From the NCBI GenBank assembly GCA_964618755.1, contig CAZUCB010000003.1, positions 1 to 43,845 on the forward strand: a stretch of 43,845 nucleotides of DNA, read 5' to 3'. Under the pieces are notes generated by a model, which saw nothing but the letters and a program-made list of their open reading frames with translations, ran no database searches and was not told the origin of the DNA. The stretch comes from an uncultured Bacteroides sp. GTDB lineage: Bacteria; Bacteroidota; Bacteroidia; Bacteroidales; JACABE01. Both the position numbers and the translations under genes were made by a program. Shown here in pieces: positions 1 through 10,541 of this stretch; the stretch's first letter is position 1; each line of letters opens with the position of its first letter.

Positions 1-1099
1 AATGATATTGACCACCACGTGGACCAGTAATTATATTTTGATTGTTTCTTGTTGATTCAGTTTGGATTTCTTTTTTGTTAACTTCTTTAATATGGCTTTT
101 ATTTGAAGGATCTTGGTTGATGTGTAAATGACAATATCCACTTTCGTTTAATGTTTTGTTTTTGCATCTATTACTAGATTTTGTTATTCCATTGCATTGA
201 ACAGAAGTTAATGTTTTTTCGCTAGAGGGTATTTGGTTGTCATTTTTAATATTTTCCCAAGCCCAACATTTGAAACATAATGTTTTTTCAATCAATTCTT
301 CTTGATTATCTGGGAGTAGAGGAAAAAAATCTAACCCAGTTAATTTCTCAACACTATCAATAGAGACAGCAAAGTTTTTTAAAGATTCTGTTGATCCATT
401 GTTAGCAATTACAAATCCGATTCCTTTAATATTAGGCTCATCATAATCAAGAATTACTTTGTAAAAATAAGCTGGTATGACAATTTTATTCTTACCTATT
501 GTTTGCAGATTGTCTGATAGTATTGGGCCAGTAACAACATATACTGAGTTGTTTTCAACTGCCCAGTTTCTGACTAATTCTTCTAATTTTTTCCATACTC
601 CTCTATTAAAACTTGGAGTTTGAGGACTCATATTGCTATAATAAAAAGATTCTGACATTGATATTGATGACCATCCCATATCGGCTGCTGGAGCTAAATG
701 TCCTCTATCATAACCCGAACCAGCATAATCTTTGTCATTATTAGTTTCCTTTTTAAAATTTGGATCTGGTAAAAATTTGTCAGTTCTTTCATATAGTTTG
801 TTTGTCTCATCTTTTGTTAATTGATAAGCTACCCAATTTGCTTGCTTGTATTTTTTATTATACAAAAGAGTATAACCTAAATGAGAAGTTATTTTATCAT
901 TTAATTTAACAAAAGGTAATTCAAGATTACCTAATACTTCAGTTTTTAAATTTGATAAAGGAAGGCTATCTGTGTAAATCCATGTTCCATCTTCATACAA
1001 TAATACTGTTTTCCCTAAATTTGTTTTTACTTCCTCTTGTCCAAAAATCAGTGAATAAAAAACAATATTAACAAGTAATAGTATTGCAAATCTTTTCAT
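1..1099 (-). CDS. Secreted DNA/RNA non-specific endonuclease (Serratia NucA/EndoG type); C-terminus cut by the window edge
   Basis: Absent from the ORF track because it runs off the window. My manual translation from ATG (1099-1097) stays open to position 2 (366 codons). It starts MKRFAILLLVNIVFYSLIFGQ (signal peptide). GYDRGHLAPAADM (His codon 698-700) and YSNMSPQ match the DRGH and Asn catalytic motifs of this nuclease family. A Cys/His- and Lys-rich tail follows. Confidence 0.85.
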   Translation of the reverse strand, partial: MKRFAILLLVNIVFYSLIFGQEEVKTNLGKTVLLYEDGTWIYTDSLPLSNLKTEVLGNLELPFVKLNDKITSHLGYTLLYNKKYKQANWVAYQLTKDETNKLYERTDKFLPDPNFKKETNNDKDYAGSGYDRGHLAPAADMGWSSISMSESFYYSNMSPQTPSFNRGVWKKLEELVRNWAVENNSVYVVTGPILSDNLQTIGKNKIVIPAYFYKVILDYDEPNIKGIGFVIANNGSTESLKNFAVSIDSVEKLTGLDFFPLLPDNQEELIEKTLCFKCWAWENIKNDNQIPSSEKTLTSVQCNGITKSSNRCKNKTLNESGYCHLHINQDPSNKSHIKEVNKKEIQTESTRNNQNIITGPRGGQYH

Positions 1100-1125
1100 T
1101 TTAAAATATCATTTTTTTTATTCAA

Positions 1126-1133
1126 CAAATGTA
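1126..1133 (-). promoter_or_regulatory. Candidate Bacteroidota sigma-A -7 box (TACATTTG on minus strand)
   Basis: Matches TAnnTTTG, 27 nt upstream of the nuclease ATG. In AT-rich DNA this 8-mer is expected several times by chance. Confidence 0.3.
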
Positions 1134-1270
1134 TTCATTTTATTTTTATAAATCATCAAAAACTGATTTAATCTTTAACAAAATATTTTGATATTAAAAG
1201 CCTGAGCCATTCCTGCTTCGTCAATAATAACAATTAAAAACCAGCCTGAAAATATATCCCCTATAAACAA

Positions 1271-1304
1271 ATAAGCCCCTTCAAAAATAAATGATGGGGC
1301 TTAT
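1271..1304 (-). terminator. Hairpin downstream of rodA
   Basis: ATAAGCCCC (1271-1279) pairs perfectly with GGGGCTTAT (1296-1304). The stem can extend with one mismatch to leave an 8-nt loop. On the minus strand it is followed by the T-rich TTGTTTAT, about 90 nt after the rodA stop. Confidence 0.45.
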
Positions 1305-1395
1305 TATCAAGTTCAGACCAAAATTATCCCAGCCTGATTTCAATTTCTTTTTCTTCTTTTACTTCAAGGGTTTTAAATAAAATATTAAAATTTTT

Positions 1396-2655
1396 CTACA
1401 ACAAATTCAAGCGATATGAATCTTGTTTTATAAAAATAAACAACAAAATGGTAAACGACCAAAGCGAAGAACCGCCATAGCTAAAAAATGGCAAAGGAAT
1501 ACCAATAACAGGCAATAAGCCTAATGCCATGCCTATATTTACAAAAATGTGCATAAACAAAATGGAAGCTACACCATAGCCATAAATACGACTAAAGGGC
1601 GAACGCTGTCGTTCGGCTGCAATAACAATCCTGATCAATAACCCTATCAATAAACCAACTACTACTAAACTTCCAATAAAACCCCATTCTTCGCCAACGG
1701 TACAGAAAATAAAATCGGTGCTTTGCTCGGGAACAAAATTAAATTTGGTTTGCGTTCCGTTTAAAAAGCCTTTTCCAATAAAACCACCGGAACCTATCGC
1801 AATTTTTGATTGATTTACATTGTAACCAATTCCTTTAAGGTCAATATCCTTGCCCAACAGCACTTCTATTCTTTGGCGTTGATGATCTTGCAACACTTTA
1901 TTAAAAACATAATCTACAATAAAGATAAAACTTATGGTTAGTATTAAAAACGAAACGACTGTAATAATACCTCTTCGGTTTTTTCTGATAAAATAGATAA
2001 ACGTTAACGCCAATACTAGCACAATTCCCGATAAAATAAATTGATTGACAATTAATGCCAACACAAAAAGGACGGCGATTATTAATCCAAATACCAAAAT
2101 ATTGCCCGATAAGCCCTCGCGATACAAAACCAATATAAAAACACCATACACAATAGCTGATCCTGTGTCGTTTTGTAATAATATCAACAATGCAGGTACT
2201 AACAATATTAAAGTAGCATACACTTTCGTTTTCATCTCTTTAATATGAATATCGGTAGAACTCAAAAACTTTGCCAATGCAAGATTACAAGCAAACTTTG
2301 CAAATTCAGAAGGCTGCAATCCAAAGCCACCAATTTCGAACCAAGATTTGGAACCGGCAGTGGTTTTACCGGTAACCAATACTACAATTAATAAAAGCAG
2401 AAAAAATCCATAGATTCCAAAAGCAAATTGAGAAAAGAATTTGGGATCAATAGCCATAATAAGCAAGGCGAGAAGTGCAGAAGTTGCAATCCAGATTAAC
2501 TGTTTGCCATAACTTTGCGAAAAATCGAAAATGCTTTTGTGATTTTCGTCGTAAACGGCAGCATAGATATTGAGCCAGCCCATAAAAACCAGCATTGCAT
2601 ACATACCAACCATTACCCAATCAATATTTCCTAATATGCCTTTTTGTTCTCTCAA
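1396..2655 (-). CDS. rodA: SEDS-family peptidoglycan glycosyltransferase RodA (rod shape-determining protein)
   Basis: 419 aa polytopic membrane protein. It has FtsW/RodA-type motifs (QPSEFAK, GSGG..GKG, NFVPEQSTDFIF, PLPFFSYGGSS). Its start overlaps the PBP2 stop by 4 nt (2652-2655). Confidence 0.9.
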   Translation of the reverse strand: MREQKGILGNIDWVMVGMYAMLVFMGWLNIYAAVYDENHKSIFDFSQSYGKQLIWIATSALLALLIMAIDPKFFSQFAFGIYGFFLLLLIVVLVTGKTTAGSKSWFEIGGFGLQPSEFAKFACNLALAKFLSSTDIHIKEMKTKVYATLILLVPALLILLQNDTGSAIVYGVFILVLYREGLSGNILVFGLIIAVLFVLALIVNQFILSGIVLVLALTFIYFIRKNRRGIITVVSFLILTISFIFIVDYVFNKVLQDHQRQRIEVLLGKDIDLKGIGYNVNQSKIAIGSGGFIGKGFLNGTQTKFNFVPEQSTDFIFCTVGEEWGFIGSLVVVGLLIGLLIRIVIAAERQRSPFSRIYGYGVASILFMHIFVNIGMALGLLPVIGIPLPFFSYGGSSLWSFTILLFIFIKQDSYRLNLL

Positions 2656-4463
2656 TGTTTTGAAATTATTACAGCGTTTTTCATTCTTTCTTCCAAATCT
2701 ATTCGTTTGATGTTTTTGGTAAGATATTTTTCAATCATAAGGCTGGCAATAGGGGCCGCCCAAACACCACCAAATCCTGCATTTTCGATATAAACAGCAA
2801 TAGCTATTTTAGGATTTACCCTTGGGGCAAATGCAATAAAAATTGAGTGATCTTCGCCATGAGGGTTTTGAGCGGTACCTGTTTTTCCACAAACAACAAT
2901 GCTATCTATTCTTGCCTGAGAAGCCGTTCCTCCTGGTTCGTTTACTACTTCATACATGGCATCTGCAACAACTTGAAAATATTTATCACTTATTTTAGTG
3001 AGATTTTTTTTCAAAAACAAAGGATTAATCGTTTTATTTTTGCCAATAGATTTTACAAAATGAGGTGTGTAAAAATAACCTCTATTTGCAAAAATAGCAG
3101 CAATATTTGCCATTTGCAAAGGAATAATTCCCATTTCACCTTGCCCAATACTCAAAGAATAAATTGTGCTAAATGCCCATGCATGATTTCCATATATTTT
3201 ATCGTAATATTTTGCATTAGGAATACGCCCTTTTTTTACATTTGGAATGTCCACTTCCAATCGTTGTCCTAACCCAAAACTCAATGCTTTATCGCTCCAT
3301 AAGTTTAAGCCTAATTCGCTGTCTTTAAATCTGTCCTTTGCAAGTCCCTGCTGGATAACCCTTCTAAAAACCTGATAAAAATAAGGATTGCATGACATTT
3401 TGATGGCACTTTTTAAATCTGTTGCATTTGGATGTTTGTGGCAACCTACTAAAGATTTGTCACAGGGAAAAGCAGCTCTTTCGGTTATAACACCTTCTTC
3501 TAATGCAATTAAAGATTGAACGATTTTGAAAATTGAGCCGGGTGGATAAACTGCCATCAAAGCTCTATCGAATAATGGTTTGCTAGGATCTTTCAGCAGT
3601 AAATTATAATTCACACCTCTAACCCTACCTACCAATAAGTTAGGATCGTAAGTGGGACTAGAAACCATAGATAAAATTTCTCCGCTTGTAGGTTCAATTG
3701 CAACAATACTTCCTACTTTATTTTGCATCAAAAGCTCACCATAAGCCTGTAAATCGGCATCCAATGTAGAGTGGAGTGCTTCACCAGCAATAGCAACCGT
3801 ATCGTAAATTCCATTGTGAAAACTACCTTTTTCGCGATTGAAAACATCATACATCACTATTTTTGAACCTTTTTTACCTCTCAAAATACTTTCGTAAAAC
3901 TTTTCCAAGCCACTCATACCAATATAATCTCCAGATTTGTAGTAGGAATCATTGACTTCATTTCCAATTTCACCAATGTATCCTAATGTATGGGCTGCAA
4001 TTGATAATGGATATTTTCTCAATGTACGAGATTGCACATAAAAGCCACTGTATTTATAAAGTTTCTCTTGTAAATAGCCATAATTCTCTTTTGAAATTTG
4101 TTTTTCAAAAGCTGAAGCAGCATAAGGTGAATATTCTCTGGCTTTCTTTAATTTTAAAATTAAATCATCTTTTGTAATACCTACCAAATTGCAAAGTTCA
4201 TTTGTATCAAAAGGTTTTATCTGTTTAGGAATTACCATTAAGTCATAAACAGCTTCGTTATAAACTAATAATTTATTGTTGCGATCGTATATTAAACCAC
4301 GGGCAGGGTAATTTGTAACAAAACGAAGTGCATTTTTATTGGCAGATAAAACATAGCTATTATCAATAACTTGGAGAAAAAACAAACGTGCTATAAAAAT
4401 TATGCCAACTGCTACAAAAATAGCAATTACCACATATTTTCTACTGTTGTAGGCTTGTTTCAT
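2652..4463 (-). CDS. mrdA: Penicillin-binding protein 2 (class B transpeptidase)
   Basis: 603 aa with an N-terminal membrane anchor and a PBP dimerisation region. Transpeptidase motifs are present: SIFK (SxxK), SCN (SxN) and KTGTA (KTG). It is translationally coupled to rodA. Confidence 0.9.
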   Translation of the reverse strand: MKQAYNSRKYVVIAIFVAVGIIFIARLFFLQVIDNSYVLSANKNALRFVTNYPARGLIYDRNNKLLVYNEAVYDLMVIPKQIKPFDTNELCNLVGITKDDLILKLKKAREYSPYAASAFEKQISKENYGYLQEKLYKYSGFYVQSRTLRKYPLSIAAHTLGYIGEIGNEVNDSYYKSGDYIGMSGLEKFYESILRGKKGSKIVMYDVFNREKGSFHNGIYDTVAIAGEALHSTLDADLQAYGELLMQNKVGSIVAIEPTSGEILSMVSSPTYDPNLLVGRVRGVNYNLLLKDPSKPLFDRALMAVYPPGSIFKIVQSLIALEEGVITERAAFPCDKSLVGCHKHPNATDLKSAIKMSCNPYFYQVFRRVIQQGLAKDRFKDSELGLNLWSDKALSFGLGQRLEVDIPNVKKGRIPNAKYYDKIYGNHAWAFSTIYSLSIGQGEMGIIPLQMANIAAIFANRGYFYTPHFVKSIGKNKTINPLFLKKNLTKISDKYFQVVADAMYEVVNEPGGTASQARIDSIVVCGKTGTAQNPHGEDHSIFIAFAPRVNPKIAIAVYIENAGFGGVWAAPIASLMIEKYLTKNIKRIDLEERMKNAVIISKH

Positions 4464-4505
4464 GAATAATATTGACTTTTTTGCCAGTAAAAAAAATTTG
4501 CATTC

Positions 4506-4542
4506 AAAAAACCCTGCATAGCTCTAAAGCCATTACAGGGTT
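4506..4542 (-). terminator. Hairpin plus T-tract downstream of the DEAD-box helicase
   Basis: AACCCTG (4510-4516) pairs with CAGGGTT (4536-4542). On the minus strand it is followed by TTTTT. The loop is long (19 nt), so confidence is moderate. Confidence 0.4.
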
Positions 4543-4582
4543 ATATATTATAAAGCACAAAAATAAGAATAAATCTAAAGCA

Positions 4583-6559
<1,977 letters not shown>

Positions 6560-6584
6560 TTTGTGTATAATTTTTAATAATCTG

Positions 6585-6592
6585 CAAAATTA
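6585..6592 (-). promoter_or_regulatory. Candidate -7 box (TAATTTTG) for the helicase gene
   Basis: Matches TAnnTTTG, 26 nt upstream of the ATG at 6559. Confidence 0.35.
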
Positions 6593-6764
6593 GTCTAAAT
6601 CTTTGACTTTCCGAAATATAATTTAATGTTTTATATAATTTAAGCGGATTGGCTATTAAAATTTCTACTTTTTTGCTTGCGGTACATGATTTTTAAAAAT
6701 ATAAACATGATATAGGAAAAAAGCCTTTCTGAACGATTCTATTTATTTTTGATGCTTAGTTATA

Positions 6765-6806
6765 ATAAAAAAGTTTATTACAATGCATTGCAATAAACTT
6801 TTTTAT
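6765..6806 (-). terminator. Long near-perfect palindrome downstream of the C25 protease pair
   Basis: Arms 6765-6785 and 6786-6806 pair with one mismatch (A6780/C6791). Runs of A and T at the two ends would give a U-tract in either direction. It lies about 65 nt after the stop at 6872. Confidence 0.5.
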
Positions 6807-6871
6807 GTTCTAATATTTTACAAGATGTTTTTATCTTTTATCCATATTTTGTGCAACTTATGAAAGGCGGT

Positions 6872-9800
6872 TTAATCTATTTTAATTAATTTCTTAACAA
6901 AGCTATTATTTGCTGTTTTTAATTGAATGAAATAAATACCTTTTTCAAAAGAAGTTGTATTAATAGTAAACATCTGTTTATTGTTAACTGATGTGAAAAT
7001 AGTAAATTCTGGAGTAAGTACTTGACCTAAAGCATTAATAATTGATATTTTTGCGTTTTCATCCATACTAAATTCAACAGTAAATGATGTATTAAAAGGA
7101 TTTGGATATACTTTTGTGTTTAACAAAGTATTTTCGCTAATATTAAGAGCTTTTACATATAAAGTAAAAGAAGCAGTTGCTATTGCATTATTTGCGTCGG
7201 TAACAGTTACTGAGTAAACAGTTGTTATATATGGACTTACTGTTGGATTGCTTCCACTAAGAGTAGTTGTATTTTGATTTGCAGTATAAGTAAACACATT
7301 GTTTCCTAAACCTCCATTAACAGTTGTTTGAAGCTGTATAGGTGTATTTTCAAAAATAGTATCAGCAGCAGCAGTTAATGTACAACTTAAAGGAGCTTTG
7401 CTCACAAATCCCGAAGGAAACTTTATGTTATCCAACCATACACAATCGCTACCAGCAATGCCATAATTATCCTTTTTATACACCCATTTTAAAGTATGAA
7501 CACCAGTTGCTACTGCATAAGATGATTTCGACCAAGATTCTTCACCATCCCATTTCCCCATTGACGTATTGTCGATAAAAAATTCTAAATAGTCATAAGT
7601 TGGAAGGTTCGGAGCTGCATCTTCACATGATACTTTTTTATAAAAAGAAACAGTATCCACAGAAGTAACATTTATAATAATTGATAATATAGAAGATTGA
7701 CTGTTTGAAATTGCTCCTGATTTTGCAGAATAAGTGCCCTCATAAGGGTTAATATTTGTCACAGTCCATGGTGTATTACCTCCTTGTATCCAGTTATATT
7801 TTGAAAAATTTGATGTTTCAAAATCTTCGGTTACCAATCCTATTGGCAGATAATAGGAGTTGTTCGTTTGATAAGCTCCTGACAAAAGTTGATAATTTAA
7901 CACAATATTTGAGCCTATGGGAGTGATGGTGTCAACACTTATTTTAAAAGCAGTGTTAATACTATTGCCTTGAATAAGTGTTGGGATATAATAGGTATTG
8001 GCCGAAATAATAGTTAAATAAGGACTAATTGTTGATAAAATCCCCGAAACATTTGCACAATTACTATGACCTGTATTTGCAGAAGGAATAAAAATAATTG
8101 CTGTTTCGCCCGGGTCTAATTTCCCATTATTATTTCCAATGATGGTATCTTTTATTATAATACTTCCTGCAGTGAGTGCAGGGGCATTTAATACAATAGT
8201 AAAACTTGTATTCCAACTATTTGATACTCCATCAACAACAGTTAAATTAAAATTAACTTGATGTTGGTCGGTAACATTATTTTTTACAGTAAATGCAAAA
8301 GCATTAGCTTGGTTTGAAACTGTATTTGCTGCTATATTTCCCCAATTTTCTTGATTATCAGTAATTACAATACTAGTGTCAGTAGTTGATAATGTTGCAG
8401 CTACGTTGTTGGCAATTGCTACGCCTATGTTTTTTAATCCAACATTTAGGCTAATGTTTTCATTATAATCAGCTTGAGAGTTGTTATTACCTGATACGTC
8501 AACAATTTGTTTATTGTTAAATTGTATAAATGGTCCACTTGAAGCAATTACATTAAGTTGTCCAATATAAGGAATATAATTATATGCAGTTGCAACAACT
8601 GTAATTGAGTCGAGATTTGTCAATGTATTAAAACTAATATTTGCAACACTATTAATTACAACTGCAGTGCCAATAGCTTGATTGTTTTTACTCAATGTAA
8701 TTCTAGCTCCGTTAATATTACAATTTACTACAAATGTTGTAGCACCTATAAAAACAGTAGAATTATGAGATACTGTCATTAATTTTGCAGTATCTGTGCG
8801 AATTACCAATGAAGGATCTCCGAAAATATTCCATGTGTCAATCATTTCTATTCCATCAGTGTTATAGTTGTCAATCATTTTCATACAACCATTCATTGAA
8901 ATACCACCAAAAGTATGTTTTTGATTTTCGGGAATACTCCCAGTAAGAATATTTATCATTTCATCTTGCCCACACATTGGAGGACTCCAACTTTGATTAA
9001 TTGTTGACATTAATGTTGCAATAGCTCCTGTTGGTTCAGTATTGTAAGTAGCTCTCATCCATGCTTCAGCAAAACAAGTTCCTGCAGTAAAATTGCCATT
9101 TACACAAGCTACAGAAAAAATAAATGGCCAGGCCACAGTGTTAGTTAATGAAGCAATATTAGTATTTGAAAACCCAGTTGTTGAAAAAGAATTATCAGAA
9201 CCATGACCAGTATAATTAATTATACTCACACCATTATTAACATCATTAGTTATCATTGCTGCTGTAGGATTTCCTGCAGCATCTGCACCTCCTTGGCTTC
9301 CATCATATAGTTCGCTACAATTTACGTATTCATAATTCATTAATTTAGATCTGATATTACGTATATGATCATAATCATACTCATTATTATCACCGGGTCC
9401 TTGCGAAGAAGCAATGCCAATTCCTCTATTTAACCATCCGTTGCCATTTGAAGGATTTTTCTCATAAGTAAGTATTTTTTGAACCTGAGTTTGTACATGT
9501 GTTATGTTTTCAGCAGAAATACGTCCTACAAAAATTTCAGGATAATGATCATTCCCACTAAGGTAGCTATATGTATTATCAGAACCACCACCAGAAACTG
9601 TAAATGTTGGGAGTTGTGCTACATCTCCTACCAAAATTACAAAAGTTAAGCCATTTGTTGTATAATAATTAGAAATATAGTTTTTGATTGCTGTATTGGT
9701 ACTTCCTGCTGTGGTTACACTAACCATTTCTGTTGGAACACCCGAAATATTTTTCCATTGAACCAAAGGATGCATTGCTGACATATATGATTCTGGGCAA

Positions 9801-10537
9801 ATAATAAGAAGTTTGCCTTGTTCGTTTACAACTGAATACTTATTATTTCCTATTGAACTATTTAAAAATTGATTTTTATAAATATTACTGAATTCACTAT
9901 CAACTTTATTAAACGATTTAGTACGATGTATAGTATTATTATTGCTAATTCCAATTCGCGAAACCTTAACAATTAAATCATTATAAACTCTTAATGTTTT
10001 TGTAATTGGATTGTATTGGAAAGGATAAACAGTGATGGTTTGTCCTCTATAATCTCTTAAAATATAAGGCTGTTGTAGTTCTGCTATTTTCCCTGGGTAA
10101 AAATCATTGACATTATATTTGCTGCCATAGCTATATGGAATATTAGAAGGGTCAATATCTCTATATAAGTTTCCTTTTGAAGGAGCAATCAGAATATTTT
10201 GATAATCATTAAAAGATTGACTAATTACTTCTACTTTCATTTCTGCATCATCAGGTATAATAATTGAAGTTGAAATTTTCAACAAATCAGGAGCTCCTGC
10301 AATTTGAATTGGAAAAGCACCGCCAAGGCTCAATGTTTTGGCTATACCTTTTGGTGTTTGAACATTGGAGGATGCATAATTATCAAATGAAAAACGAACT
10401 ACAGAAGTTTGAATATCTGATGAAATAAGCTCAACTTTTGAAGTTGGGTTATTTACATAGTTATTATTTATAGTTGCACTAGCATTCAGATAGAAAAAAC
10501 TAATTAACAAACAAGTTGAAATAGCGATTCTTTTCAT
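6872..10537 (-). CDS. Gingipain-type C25 cysteine peptidase, multidomain, T9SS-secreted (paralogue A)
   Basis: 1221 aa with a signal peptide and a propeptide-like N-terminal region. It has ILVGDVAQLP, NYTGHGS (His445, codon 9203-9205) and SVACVNGNF (Cys478, codon 9104-9106). The His-Cys spacing of 33 residues equals that of gingipain R His211/Cys244. Two CARDB-like repeats (NNGKLDPGET), a jelly-roll-like module, an Ig-like module and a T9SS CTD follow. Confidence 0.9.
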   Translation of the reverse strand: MKRIAISTCLLISFFYLNASATINNNYVNNPTSKVELISSDIQTSVVRFSFDNYASSNVQTPKGIAKTLSLGGAFPIQIAGAPDLLKISTSIIIPDDAEMKVEVISQSFNDYQNILIAPSKGNLYRDIDPSNIPYSYGSKYNVNDFYPGKIAELQQPYILRDYRGQTITVYPFQYNPITKTLRVYNDLIVKVSRIGISNNNTIHRTKSFNKVDSEFSNIYKNQFLNSSIGNNKYSVVNEQGKLLIICPESYMSAMHPLVQWKNISGVPTEMVSVTTAGSTNTAIKNYISNYYTTNGLTFVILVGDVAQLPTFTVSGGGSDNTYSYLSGNDHYPEIFVGRISAENITHVQTQVQKILTYEKNPSNGNGWLNRGIGIASSQGPGDNNEYDYDHIRNIRSKLMNYEYVNCSELYDGSQGGADAAGNPTAAMITNDVNNGVSIINYTGHGSDNSFSTTGFSNTNIASLTNTVAWPFIFSVACVNGNFTAGTCFAEAWMRATYNTEPTGAIATLMSTINQSWSPPMCGQDEMINILTGSIPENQKHTFGGISMNGCMKMIDNYNTDGIEMIDTWNIFGDPSLVIRTDTAKLMTVSHNSTVFIGATTFVVNCNINGARITLSKNNQAIGTAVVINSVANISFNTLTNLDSITVVATAYNYIPYIGQLNVIASSGPFIQFNNKQIVDVSGNNNSQADYNENISLNVGLKNIGVAIANNVAATLSTTDTSIVITDNQENWGNIAANTVSNQANAFAFTVKNNVTDQHQVNFNLTVVDGVSNSWNTSFTIVLNAPALTAGSIIIKDTIIGNNNGKLDPGETAIIFIPSANTGHSNCANVSGILSTISPYLTIISANTYYIPTLIQGNSINTAFKISVDTITPIGSNIVLNYQLLSGAYQTNNSYYLPIGLVTEDFETSNFSKYNWIQGGNTPWTVTNINPYEGTYSAKSGAISNSQSSILSIIINVTSVDTVSFYKKVSCEDAAPNLPTYDYLEFFIDNTSMGKWDGEESWSKSSYAVATGVHTLKWVYKKDNYGIAGSDCVWLDNIKFPSGFVSKAPLSCTLTAAADTIFENTPIQLQTTVNGGLGNNVFTYTANQNTTTLSGSNPTVSPYITTVYSVTVTDANNAIATASFTLYVKALNISENTLLNTKVYPNPFNTSFTVEFSMDENAKISIINALGQVLTPEFTIFTSVNNKQMFTINTTSFEKGIYFIQLKTANNSFVKKLIKID
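6875..7114 (-). other. T9SS C-terminal sorting domain of paralogue A
   Basis: The last 80 aa read KVYPNPFNTSFTVEF...GQVL...GIYFIQLKT...KKLIKID. This fits the Por-secretion CTD pattern (TIGR04183-type). Confidence 0.75.
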
Positions 10538-10541
10538 ATTT

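Noticed and set aside
4558-4565. A TAnnTTTG match (TATTTTTG on the minus strand) between the helicase gene and mrdA.
   Set aside because: It lies upstream of the helicase terminator hairpin on the same strand, so transcripts starting there would immediately meet the terminator. It is probably a chance match.
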